Assembly: GCA_963849325.1 (NCBI GenBank)
Contig: CAWKHF010000005.1
Location: forward strand, 256,001-320,000
DNA from: an uncultured Planctomycetota bacterium
GTDB lineage: Bacteria > Planctomycetota > Planctomycetia > Gemmatales > Gemmataceae
Direction of reading: 5' to 3'
Length of the DNA stretch: 64,000 nt
This document shows, piece after piece, positions 21,396 to 31,143 of this stretch. Position 1 is the stretch's first letter. Each line of letters opens with the position of its first letter. The translations under genes and the position numbers were made by a program. Below the pieces are notes generated by a model that searched no databases, was not told the DNA's origin, and saw only the letters and a program-made list of their open reading frames with translations.

Positions 21396-22019
21396 CTAAC
21401 GGCTCGACTTGTCCGGCACGACCAGGCTGACCTTCTCCATGCCGGCGCCCTTGGCGGCGTCCAGCACTTCGACCACGGCGCGCTGCGGCACGTCGTCCTC
21501 GTGCTCCAGCAACAGCTGCGTTTTGTGCGTCGAGCCGACGAAGCGGCGCAGCTCGCTCTCCAGTCGGGCCGGATCAACCACCTCGTCTTCCAGCCGCGTC
21601 ACGGCCTTGCCGTTGTCCATCCGCACGGTGACGCGGATCATCTGCTGCGCCACCTTTTCCTTGGTGACGACGGCGGGTCCGGCGCGGTCGCCGGTCACGC
21701 CGGGCGCCTCCAGGCGCTTTTGCAGCACGGCGTAACTGGTGGTCAGGATGAAGAAGATGAGCAGCACCAGGCAGACGTCGATCAGGGCGTTCATGTCCAG
21801 GCGCGTTTCGTCGTCGTAGACGCGCGGCGGCGGCGGCTCCAGGTCGGCGGCGATCTCGGCCAACTGCGGATGCTCCTCGATGGCCACCCACGTCGCATCG
21901 CCCGGACCCATGACCTCGTCGGTCGGCTCCCAGTGGCCGTCCACCAGTCCTTGCGCGATCTGGGCCAGCGTCAGATCGCCCCGCGCCGCCGGCGAACCCT
22001 GGTGTCGTATCTTCCACAT
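21396..22019 (-). CDS. exbD: ExbD/TolR-family protein with N-terminal GYF_2-like domain
   Basis: DMNALIDVCLVLLIFFI (TM Asp) and VVEVLDAAKGAGMEKVSL. Confidence 0.85.
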   Translation of the reverse strand: MWKIRHQGSPAARGDLTLAQIAQGLVDGHWEPTDEVMGPGDATWVAIEEHPQLAEIAADLEPPPPRVYDDETRLDMNALIDVCLVLLIFFILTTSYAVLQKRLEAPGVTGDRAGPAVVTKEKVAQQMIRVTVRMDNGKAVTRLEDEVVDPARLESELRRFVGSTHKTQLLLEHEDDVPQRAVVEVLDAAKGAGMEKVSLVVPDKSSR

Positions 22020-22020
22020 G

Positions 22021-22740
22021 TTACTTCTCCGACACGCCGAGGTATTTCTGCGCGATCCGACCGCGGAACGGCTCGGACTCCAACTTCGCCGTCAACTCGC
22101 GCACCCGTCCCGACTTGACGTCGGGGTGGGCGTTGATCGTGACCTCGACGCGATTCGACGTCCGTTCGAGATGCTCTCGAAGGCGGGCCAGAAGTTCGTC
22201 CATCGAGGCCAGTTTGCTGTCCTTCTCGTCGAGGAACTTGTTGCCGACCGACAGCGAGAAGACGGGCACGCGGTTGTCGCCGTCGCCTTCGAGGTTGATG
22301 TTGAGTTGGATCTCTTCGGGATTGACGGACAGGGTGCCGTACTCGGCGGGCGGCGTGGGAATGAAGGCGGCGGCGCCGACGCCGCTGGCGGTCAGCATGA
22401 AGAAGATCAGCAGCACCAGGCTGACGTCGATGAGGGGAATCATATCGACGTCGTCGTCCTCGTCGGGGTGCGGTTTCTTCCAGCGGAAGTCCAGCTCGAC
22501 CGGCTCCAGGGCTTCGGCCTGATCGTCCACGCGATCCGGCTCGGAGCGCGGCAGATAGGGGGAGAACTCCGGCGAGCCGCCGACGCGCAGCCATTCGGCC
22601 GTGCCGGACGGCCGCAGTCGGTCGTCCTCCAGCAGCCGGCCCTGCTGCACCCAGTCGGCGACGACCGTGAAGGGCACCTCTCGATAGACCGTGTTCGACT
22701 CGATGATCCAAACGTCGAGGAAACGCCGTTTGTCGGCCAT
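22021..22740 (-). CDS. exbD: ExbD/TolR-family protein with N-terminal GYF_2-like domain
   Basis: VDMIPLIDVSLVLLIFFM and VTINAHPDV. Confidence 0.85.
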   Translation of the reverse strand: MADKRRFLDVWIIESNTVYREVPFTVVADWVQQGRLLEDDRLRPSGTAEWLRVGGSPEFSPYLPRSEPDRVDDQAEALEPVELDFRWKKPHPDEDDDVDMIPLIDVSLVLLIFFMLTASGVGAAAFIPTPPAEYGTLSVNPEEIQLNINLEGDGDNRVPVFSLSVGNKFLDEKDSKLASMDELLARLREHLERTSNRVEVTINAHPDVKSGRVRELTAKLESEPFRGRIAQKYLGVSEK

Positions 22741-22744
22741 GAGA

Positions 22745-23437
22745 TCACCTCCGCGGTACGGCCCCCGCCTCGGGTCCGGGCTTGATGTTGGCGGCCGAGG
22801 GGACGGCGCCCTTGGTTTGCTGCTTGGCCTGCAACAGCAGCAACAATTTCTGGGCGGCGCTCTTCATGCGCACCTCGAAGTGGGCCAGCCATGCCTTGAA
22901 CAAGACGTGCGTGAATACCAACGGGATGGCCGTTACCAGACCCAGGGCCGTGGCGAACAGGGCCAGGCCGATGGCCCCGGCCTGCGAGCCGACGTCGCCG
23001 CCCTTGGACTTCTGGATCTCGTTGAAGGTGCCGATCATGCTAATGACCGTGCCGAGCAGGCCGACCATGGTGGCGACCTTGGCGATGGCGAGGATGGTCG
23101 GCAGCAGGAAGTTCAAGTCGGGCACGATCTCCAGCTCGATGACGTTGGCCATCGCTCGCCGCACCGCCGCCAGACCCTGCTTGGACGTTTCCAGGCCGGC
23201 GGCGAAGAGGCGACGGGGGATGATGTCGCTGCGGCCGCGACAGAAACGCAGGGCCGCGTCCACGCCGTCGCGCTCCAGCTTCTGCTGGAACTCCGGCAGA
23301 AACACGTTCATGTTGGTGTTGCCGTTGATGTTCAGCAGCAAACGCCAGATCACCAACGTCAGCCCCGTCAGCGACATCAGGAACATCGGCCAGAAGAAGT
23401 ACCAGTCGTGGGTGATGAAGGTCCACAGGGCTTGCAT
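22745..23437 (-). CDS. exbB: MotA/TolQ/ExbB proton channel protein
   Basis: GLLGTVISMIGTF and ALFATALGLVTAIP. Confidence 0.88.
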   Translation of the reverse strand: MQALWTFITHDWYFFWPMFLMSLTGLTLVIWRLLLNINGNTNMNVFLPEFQQKLERDGVDAALRFCRGRSDIIPRRLFAAGLETSKQGLAAVRRAMANVIELEIVPDLNFLLPTILAIAKVATMVGLLGTVISMIGTFNEIQKSKGGDVGSQAGAIGLALFATALGLVTAIPLVFTHVLFKAWLAHFEVRMKSAAQKLLLLLQAKQQTKGAVPSAANIKPGPEAGAVPRR

Positions 23438-23557
23438 GTCTGTCCCCCGTTGAAACGATGGGCCGGGTGGTCGTCCCGAGGATGGGAGGCCGCGCGGGCC
23501 GCGCGACGTCCCTGTCACTGTACAGGGGCGCGCGAGCGAGTTCCAGAGAAAACGCCG

Positions 23558-23619
23558 GGCGAGCGGGGGCGTCAGCCCCCTGTTTCGGAGCAACAGGGGG
23601 CTGACGCCCCCCGCTCGCC
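23558..23619. repeat. REP-like palindrome, family C
   Basis: GGCGAGCGGGGGCGTCAGCCCCCTGTT...AACAGGGGGCTGACGCCCCCCGCTCGCC. Confidence 0.9.
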
Positions 23620-23673
23620 GAGGGCGCGCAACTCCCCTGTCCTTTGTGGGTTCGGGCGAGTACCATCGAGGAC

Positions 23674-24253
23674 ATGGACGAAACGCGCGGCCCTTCCCTG
23701 TCGGACGACCTGGCCAACAAGATCGCGCGCCTGGTCCAGGAGCGCGGCTGGAACCAGGAAGAGTTCGCGCGCATCACGCGCCTGAATCGCCACACCGTCC
23801 GCCAAATCCTCTTGCGGGGCGAGCATCGCCGCCTGCGCAACGCCACTATCGGCGCCTGCGCCGCGCCCTGGGTCTGACTGTCAACGAGCTGCGCACGCTG
23901 CCGTTGGAGCGGCTGCTGCCGCGCATGAACGAGTCGCACCCGGCCAATGGCATCGCTCCGCTGCGCCGCCTGTACGAGCGGGCCACACAGCCGGAACTGG
24001 TTGCCTGGATGGAACGCAACGGCGAGCGCGCCCGCCAGTTGGCCGACGATGAGGTCGATGAGCTGCTGGCGCTGCAAGACGTCGAGGAGCGCTGACCGCG
24101 TTCGGCGTCGAGGGTTTCGTGGAGCGCCTCGAGCGCCGCCGTCGCCTCCTTCACCAGGTCCACACCGTCGCCGGTACCGAGTACCTCGATTTGCTCGAAC
24201 AGCTGATCGGCCTGTTGTACGAGAAAGTGCAACCGTCGCGCGATCGCACGTAA
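23674..24253 (+). CDS. XRE-family HTH protein, two frameshifts
   Basis: ERGWNQEEFARITRLNRHTVRQIL..ALGLTVNEL; continues across frames to ...LYEKVQPSRDRT*. Confidence 0.65.
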
Positions 24254-24261
24254 GGAGGTCT

Positions 24262-24332
24262 TCGTTTCGCCGCGACGCGCAGCGGAGCGCGGGCGTCTCG
24301 CCCGCGCTCCGCTGCGCGTCGCGGCGAAACGA
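24262..24332. repeat. REP-like palindrome, family A (TTCG/CGAA variant)
   Basis: GTTTCGCCGCGACGCGCAGCGGAGCGCGGGCG...CGCCCGCGCTCCGCTGCGCGTCGCGGCGAAAC. Confidence 0.9.
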
Positions 24333-24373
24333 GATGGCCTTGACCCACCCATGCGGCCGGGTAGTGTAGGAAT

Positions 24374-25758
24374 ATGTCTCCGCACGTCCCGCCAACCGCG
24401 CCTCTTCCTGCTGTCTCTCGTTCCTCGCTCTCCCGGCCACCGCGACGCTGGCGCGTGGACACCTTCCGCGCCCTGCGGCACCGCAACTATCGGTTGTATT
24501 TCGGGGGGCAGTTCATTTCCGTGACCGGCTCGTGGGCGCAGAGCGCGGCGCTGACCTGGCTGGCCTACGAGCTGACGCGCGAGTCGATCTGGCCGTCGCT
24601 GGTCGGCGCCATGCAGGTGCTGCCGACGTTCGTACTCGGCGCCTGGGGCGGCAGTCTCGCCGACCGCTGGCCCAAGCGTGTACTGATCTTTCTCTCGCAG
24701 GCCACGTTGCTGGTGCTGGCCGTGCTGCTGGGCGTATGGGTGCTGCTGGGCCAGGTCACGCCCTGGCACCTGCTGGCCGTGGCGACCGCCGCCGGCATCG
24801 TCAACGCCATCGACCTGCCGGCCCGGCTGGCCTTCGTCATCGACATGGTCGGACGCGAGGATTTGCCCAACGCCATCGCCCTGAACTCGCTGTTGTTCAA
24901 TACGGCGCGGATGATGGGTCCGGCCATCAGCGCCGTGTTGTTCGCCGTGGCCGGCGCGGGACAGACGGGACAGACGGCGGCGGGCGTGTGCTTCCTGCTC
25001 AACGGCCTGAGCTTCGTCGCCGTGCTGGCGGCCCTGGCCTGGATGGATCTGCCTCCATCCACGGCGCGCACGGACAAGCGCCATGCGGCCGATTCCACGG
25101 CGGGTGGTTTCCGCTACCTGGCCGGACACCCGCGCCTGATCCTTCTGCTGGTCTTGACCTGTTCGATGTCGCTGTTCGGTTGGCCGATCCTGTCGCTGTT
25201 GCCGGCCGTGGCCGACCAGCGTCTCGGCGAACGGACGACCGGCTACGCCTGGATGCTCAGCGCCATCGGCAGCGGGGCGCTGGTCGCGTCGCTGTTGGTC
25301 GCCTCGTTCGGCTCGCGTGTGCGGCGGCGCTGGTTCCTGGCCGGCGGCGTCGTCCTGGCGGCGTCGTCGCTCTTGTGCCTGGCTTTCGCGCGCTCGCTGC
25401 CCTTGGCCGTGGCCTGCTGCACCGTGCTGGGCTGCGGCCAGATCCTGTTCTTTCCCACCAGCCAGTCGATCATGCAGCTCAGCTCCGACGATCGCGTTCG
25501 CGGCCGCGTCATGGGCATCTGGTCGATGGTGCTCAGCGGCGCGCATCCGCTGGGCCACCTGCTCGCCGGCCGCGCCGCCGACCGCTGGCTCGATGTACGC
25601 ATGGACGGCGGAGCGCCGCGCACCTGTTCGCCGTGCGGCCCGGCGAGCATGGCGGCGTGCCGTTGGTGCTGGCCCTCATGGGGCTGGGCATCGCCGCCGC
25701 CGCGACGGTCGTGCTCGTGCTGGCGCTGACCTGGCAAGGACGGCGACGAAGCGGATAA
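24374..25758 (+). CDS. MFS transporter (DHA3/DUF894-like), frameshift near 25610
   Basis: FRALRHRNYRLYFGGQ.IS..G.W.Q, GGSLADRWPKR and RGRVMGIW. Confidence 0.88.
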
Positions 25759-25803
25759 GATAGGGGAACGGTGGATTTCTTCATACCAACCAAGGGGTAA
25801 GTC

Positions 25804-26571
25804 ATGCCTTCGCCGTTCCCCGGAATGAATCCGTATTTGGAGCAAGAGGACGCCTGGCACGATTTTCACGACAGCTATTTGCCGCGGGTGCGGGACGTTC
25901 TCGCGGCTCAGGTTGGCGAGCAATACATCGTCAAGATTGACGAGCACATCTACATCCACGACTTGGTGGCGGAACAACGCGCCTTCCTCGGACGGGGCGA
26001 TGTCACGGTAGCCGGCGTTTCCCCTTCGACCGGCTCCGTTCCCACCGTCGGACTGATCGAAGCACCGGTGCGGGTGGAGTTGCCCATGCTCGACGACGAG
26101 CACGAGTGCTACCTTGAGATCCGTGACCGCCGTAGCCGGGTACTCATTACCGTGATGGAGTTGCTCAGCCCGGCCAACAAGAAACCCGGATCGGATCGAG
26201 ACCAGTACATCAACAAACGCCATCAGCTGCTGAAAAGGGGCGTGAATTTGGTGGAACTCGATCTGCTGCGCGGCGGGCCGCGCATGCCGATCGCCAACTT
26301 GCCCCCCTGCGATTATTACGCAATGGTCTATCGAAATTGGCAGGGGCCGCACGCCGACCTCTGGCCTTTACGTCTCCGCGATCCGCTGCCGGAAATCCCC
26401 GTTCCCCTGCGCGAGTCGGACCCCGACCTGCGTCTGGATTTGCAACAGGTCCTGCATCGCGTTTACGATGCCGCCGGATACGCCAAGTACATCTACGGCA
26501 GTACCCCCGTGCCGCCCCTCACCGCCGAGGATGCCGCCTGGGCGCAGTCGCTCCTCTCCGCTCGCGCCTAA
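25804..26571 (+). CDS. DUF4058-family protein
   Basis: MPSPFPGMNPYLE, ELLSPANK and VELDLLRGG. Confidence 0.9.
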   Translation: MPSPFPGMNPYLEQEDAWHDFHDSYLPRVRDVLAAQVGEQYIVKIDEHIYIHDLVAEQRAFLGRGDVTVAGVSPSTGSVPTVGLIEAPVRVELPMLDDEHECYLEIRDRRSRVLITVMELLSPANKKPGSDRDQYINKRHQLLKRGVNLVELDLLRGGPRMPIANLPPCDYYAMVYRNWQGPHADLWPLRLRDPLPEIPVPLRESDPDLRLDLQQVLHRVYDAAGYAKYIYGSTPVPPLTAEDAAWAQSLLSARA

Positions 26572-26583
26572 ATCGCCTCGTCC

Positions 26584-28071
26584 TCACTTCGCTAGCAGTC
26601 CCAGGCTCCGGCGGTAATCCGCCGTGTGCGTCTCCACCCCCTGCTCGCGGTCCAATTTCGCCCATGCCTCGGCCACGTCCCGTAGCGTTTGGCCGGCGTC
26701 GGTCCCCTTGAGCAGCGCGTCGCGGACGGCTTGGACGAGGACGGCGCGGTGCGCCGCTTGTCGGGGTGTGCGCAGACACAGCGCCGGGTTCTTCAGGCCG
26801 CGATGCAACAGCGTCTCTTGCAGCGCCTCGCGCAGCTTCAGCGTCCGCGCCGTGTCCAGGTCGAACGAGTCCCAGCGCTCGCGGTACAGCTGCTCGGCAC
26901 GAATCGGCCCCCCGTGTTCTTTGGACCCTAAAAAGATCTGTGTACTCGTCTTCGGCCCGCTCAGGTCGGCCAGCAGGTCGAAGGCGGCCTCCGTGTGCGC
27001 TCCGCCGCGCGGCACCACCGCCAACCAGCCGGAGCCGCCCAGGTACGGCACGCGGTTGCCCTCCGGCGTCGGCTGCGGCTGACCTTGGTCGAAGTCGAAA
27101 TAACGGTCGCCGCCCGGCACCCGGCAGACGCCGACCTTGTCGTGCAGGGCCGGCGTCTTCTGGAACGGTTTCAGCCAGGGCGCATCGGTCACACACAGCA
27201 CGGCCCGGCCGTCGCGGAACGCTTTCTCAGGGTGCTCGGCTGGCGCGGCGGGCCGGCATGCTTGCAGGCGCTGCAGCAATTTCAGGGCGTGGACGAAGCC
27301 GGGCGCGTCCAGGCGCGGCCGGCCGGTCTTCACGTCGTAATGGAACGAGAACACGTCGTCCGGCCGATCGTTGCGGCGCACCTCGTCGGCCGGCACGGCG
27401 CGGCGGGCGAAGCCGGCGGCGACGGTGTAAAACAGACGATCGAGGGCGTCGTCGTCGCGCGGCAGCGGCGGCAAGCTCGGCCCTTTCGGCTCGCGGTCGC
27501 GGAAATATTCGGCGACCCGGGCGAACTGCTCCCAGGTGGCTGGCGCTTCCGGTACACGGCCGAATCGCCGGCGAAAGGCCGCCTCGTGGGCCGGATCGGC
27601 CAGCAGATCGGCGCGATAACAGCACAAGGGCGATTCGCCAATCAGGGGCCAGCCGTAGGGGGTGCCCTCCCACTGGACGAGTTGCTCGCGGTAGGCCGGC
27701 AGAAGGTCGGTCCACTTGGAAGGACTGTCGCGCGCGGTGTAGTCGGTGGGTACGGGGGCGAGTTGGCCGACGGCGGCCCAGCGCGGCAAGTCGGCCGGGG
27801 CGATAATCCAGACGTCGGCCAGGCCCGCGGTTTGCGGTTCCTTCCTCGGGTCGTAGACGAGGATCTGGAGGGTCGCGCCCTGCCGCCGCGCCCACGACTG
27901 TCCGGGTCCACGCATCAGGTCCGCCGTCGCCTCGGTTGGGCAGGCGATGCGCAGCTCCATCCGCGCATGGGGGACCGGCGCGGAATCGATCGCGGAAGTC
28001 GTCGGCCGACAGCCGGCGACGCCCAGCAGTCCGCAAAAAAGAAGACAGCCGTATCCGCTTTTCCGTTGCAT
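26584..28071 (-). CDS. Extracellular solute-binding lipoprotein (sugar-binding type)
   Basis: VAGC lipobox, CYRADL, PATWEQF..AEYF and GSGWLAVV. Confidence 0.78.
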   Translation of the reverse strand: MQRKSGYGCLLFCGLLGVAGCRPTTSAIDSAPVPHARMELRIACPTEATADLMRGPGQSWARRQGATLQILVYDPRKEPQTAGLADVWIIAPADLPRWAAVGQLAPVPTDYTARDSPSKWTDLLPAYREQLVQWEGTPYGWPLIGESPLCCYRADLLADPAHEAAFRRRFGRVPEAPATWEQFARVAEYFRDREPKGPSLPPLPRDDDALDRLFYTVAAGFARRAVPADEVRRNDRPDDVFSFHYDVKTGRPRLDAPGFVHALKLLQRLQACRPAAPAEHPEKAFRDGRAVLCVTDAPWLKPFQKTPALHDKVGVCRVPGGDRYFDFDQGQPQPTPEGNRVPYLGGSGWLAVVPRGGAHTEAAFDLLADLSGPKTSTQIFLGSKEHGGPIRAEQLYRERWDSFDLDTARTLKLREALQETLLHRGLKNPALCLRTPRQAAHRAVLVQAVRDALLKGTDAGQTLRDVAEAWAKLDREQGVETHTADYRRSLGLLAK

Positions 28072-28455
28072 GGACCCTGCCTTCCTCCTTACAATAAGGG
28101 CTACTCGCTCCTCTGTCTTCTCATTGTAGGTGTGTCGGGTCAGGGATCGACATCCGAATGGGTGGCGAGAGGAGAGGGTGTATCGAGGGTTGACGCTCGC
28201 GTGCCAACGGCGCCGGCCTCGATCGATCAGCCTGAGTTTCCATCGGCACGATGCGCGGTCCCTCCGGTTAGGCCCTCATTCTCCGAACCCGGATTGACTC
28301 GACCGGCATCGACGCCGTGGATTCGCCCGATCTCCGGTTAGAGGAGGGCGGAACCGCGTTTGGCCGCCCCTTCCGTGCCGCTAACCACTCGCCCGGCGCT
28401 CTTCGACCCCCCAAGGAACGAGGGCGGGTCTCGCCACGAGAAACGAGGTCGTTTC

Positions 28456-29168
28456 ATGAAGTTGAGCCTGGTTGTTCTGACTCCTGGCCCCAACGAAGGC
28501 AAGGTTCTGGAGATCAAGTTGTCCCAGTTCGTCGTGGGACGCGATCCGCAGTGCCACCTCCGTCCGGCCAGTCCGATGATTAGCAAGCGACATTGTGCGG
28601 TGCTGCAGCGCGAGGGCAAGGCCTTCATCCGCGATTTCGGCAGCACCAACGGCACCTTCGTCAACGACGAGCCGGTCAAGGGGGAGCTGGAACTGCACCC
28701 CGGCGACCATCTCAAGATAGGCCCGCTGCTGTTCGAGGTGCGCATCGAGGCGTCTGCGCCGGTGAACCGGCCGACGCCGCCGCCGCCGACCAAGCCGGCG
28801 ACGCAAGACGGCCATCCCGACAACCAGTCGCCGACACCGGTGCCGGCCGCCAAGGCGAAGGCCCCGGTCGAGCCAGCGGTGGCCGACCGAGCCGGCGGCC
28901 GTGGCCGCCGACTCCTCCGAAGATTCCTCCGACGACGACATCGCGGCCATGCTGCTGTCGCTGCACGACGACGGACCCAGCGGCCCGTCGGGATTCCTCC
29001 CCGAGGTGCCCGAAGGCAGCACCGTTCACGAAATGACCGCTGCCGCCGGACGTCGCCGCCCAGATGGACAAGAACGACAAGGAAAAACCCAAACCCAAAT
29101 CGCCCGGCAATACCTCCAATGCGGCCAAGAACATCCTGGAGAAGTACATGAAACGGCCCCGCGGCTGA
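28456..29168 (+). CDS. FHA-domain protein, frameshifts in the low-complexity tail
   Basis: VGRDPQCHL, ISKRHC and DFGSTNGTFVND. Confidence 0.85.
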
Positions 29169-29175
29169 GAAGCTC

Positions 29176-29236
29176 CTTTCGGAGCCTGAAGCGTAAGCGA
29201 AGGGTATCTCTTCGCTTACGCTTCAGGCTCCGAAAG
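29176..29236. repeat. REP-like palindrome, family D
   Basis: CGGAGCCTGAAGCGTAAGCGAAG...CTTCGCTTACGCTTCAGGCTCCG. Confidence 0.9.
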
Positions 29237-29290
29237 ATCGTCCCTGGATTTTGCATTCGCGCTCCGATACCGGAACTTCGAGGCTAATTC

Positions 29291-30478
29291 GTGGCGCCGC
29301 GACGCCGTCCGCTTCCACCCCCTTCGCTTGACGAACCCGCCGCGCTGCGTCCCTGGCTGGCCCGCCGTCTGCGTCCGTGGTTCCTCCGCCATCAGCGCGA
29401 TTTGCCCTGGCGCCGCGACCGCGATCCGTACCGCATCTGGGTCAGCGAGGTCATGCTCCAGCAGACCCAGGTCGGCCACGGTCATCCCCTACTTCGAGCG
29501 CTTCGTCCGCGCCTTCCCGACGCCGGCCGGTCCTGGCCGCGGCCGACGAGCAGGACGTGCTGCGCCTGTGGGAGGGACTGGGTTACTATCGCCGTGCCCG
29601 CGATCTGCACCGTGCCGCTCGCCAACTCGTCGCGCGGCACGCCGGCCAATTTCCCGACGATCCCGTTGCGCTGGCCGATCTGCCCGGCCTGGGCCGATAC
29701 ACTCGCAACGCCGTCCTGTCGCAAGCCTTCGACCGCCGACTGCCGATCCTCGAGGCCAACAGCCAGCGCGTGCTGAGCCGGCTGTTCGGCCGGGCCGACG
29801 ATCCGCGTCAGGGTGCGGCGCGGCGCTGGCTGTGGCAGGCCGCCGAGGACATCCTGCCGCGCCGCGACGTCGGCACCTTCAATCAAGCAGTCATGGAGCT
29901 TGGCGCTCTTGTTTGTACGCCATCGGCGCCGCGCTGTTCCGACTGTCCGTTGGCGGCGCGCTGTGTCGCTCGGCAACTCGGCCAGCAAGAGTCGATTCCC
30001 GCCCGGACGCCCGCTCCCGAGACCACGCGCCTCGCGCGAAGTCGCCGTGGTCGTCTGTCGCGGTTCGAGCGTGCTGCTGGCGCAGCGGCCCGGCGGCGGC
30101 CGCTGGGCCGGATTGTGGGAGTTCCCGCACGGCGCCTTGCTCGACGGCGAAGTACACGAGGACGCCGCCGGCCGACTGGTCCGCGACCTGACCGGGCTGC
30201 ACGCGCGTCCCGGACCCGAGTTGTTGACCATCCGCCACGGCATCACGCGCTATCACATCACCATGACCTGCTTCGAGGCCGCGTACCTCGCCGGCGATTT
30301 CCGCTCGGATTTTTACGTCGAGGGCCGCTGGCTGGCCGCCGCCGACCTCGCCGCTTACCCCGTCAGTTCTCCCCAGCGCCGCCTGGCCCGCTTCCTTCTT
30401 TCTCCCAGCCGCCAACGCTGCCTGTTCGGATCGACGCTGACAGCGGACGGCCGAGACGGTAGCATGAGAGAAGGATAA
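29291..30478 (+). CDS. mutY: A/G-specific adenine glycosylase, about three frameshifts
   Basis: [31 protein letters not shown], the ELGALVC..P.C..CP...C Fe-S motif and GLWEFP. Confidence 0.92.
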
Positions 30479-30512
30479 GGGGAAATAAAGACCTGTAGCG
30501 GGGGAGAGAGTT

Positions 30513-31047
30513 ATGCGGACCCTGTTCGCGCGCGACGGCGCTGCTCGTGGTGGGAGCGGTGCTGGCCGGCTGCATTTCCACCAGCACCAATACGGGGCTG
30601 AGCAAGGGCAAGCCGGCCGCCAACATCCGCGGCCGCGATGCCGACGGCGAAGCGTTCCAGCTCGACGACTATCGCGGCAAGGTCGTGCTGCTGGACTTCT
30701 GGGCCTCGTACTGAGGGCCGTGCCGGAGCATGTTTGCTCACGAGCGGTCGCTCGTGGAGAAGTTCCAGAACAAGCCCTTCGTGCTGCTCGGCGTCAACGT
30801 CGATGAAACCCGTGACGAACTTCAGCTCATACAGCGGAAAGAGAAGCTGAACTGGCGCTCGTGGTGGGATGGGGCAGGTGGACCGATCGCGCTGCAATGG
30901 AAGCTGCAAAGTCTGCCAACGCTCTTTCTACTCGATCACAAGGGCGAGATTCGCTGGCGGAGCGCCGGCGTCCCCGACCCCAAGCGCATGGATGAACTGA
31001 TCGAGCAGCTCGTCCAGGAGGCGGAGGCGTCCGGCAAGTCCACCTAG
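30513..31047 (+). CDS. TlpA/redoxin lipoprotein with in-frame TGA (probable selenocysteine, UGPC); 1-nt indel near 30530
   Basis: LAGC lipobox, then LDDYRGKVVLLDFWASY-TGA-GPCRSMFAHERSLV...PTLFLLDHKGEIR in a single frame. Confidence 0.8.
30726..30739 (+). promoter_or_regulatory. Candidate bacterial SECIS hairpin
   Basis: GAGCA-TGTT-TGCTC after an 11-nt spacer following the TGA at 30712-30714. Confidence 0.55.
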
Positions 31048-31061
31048 GGCGCGTCGAGGAT

Positions 31062-31127
31062 GGCGAACGGCCGGCGTTAGCCGGCTGGTACAGGCTCCAA
31101 CCAGCCGGCTAACGCCGGCCGTTCGCC
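31062..31127. repeat. REP-like palindrome, relative of family C
   Basis: GGCGAACGGCCGGCGTTAGCCGGCTGGT...ACCAGCCGGCTAACGCCGGCCGTTCGCC. Confidence 0.88.
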
Positions 31128-31143
31128 CAAAGAGTTAGGGTTC

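Noticed and set aside
28072-28455. Possible ncRNA in a long divergent intergenic region
   Set aside because: No clear stem, terminator or known motif visible; likely just two promoters
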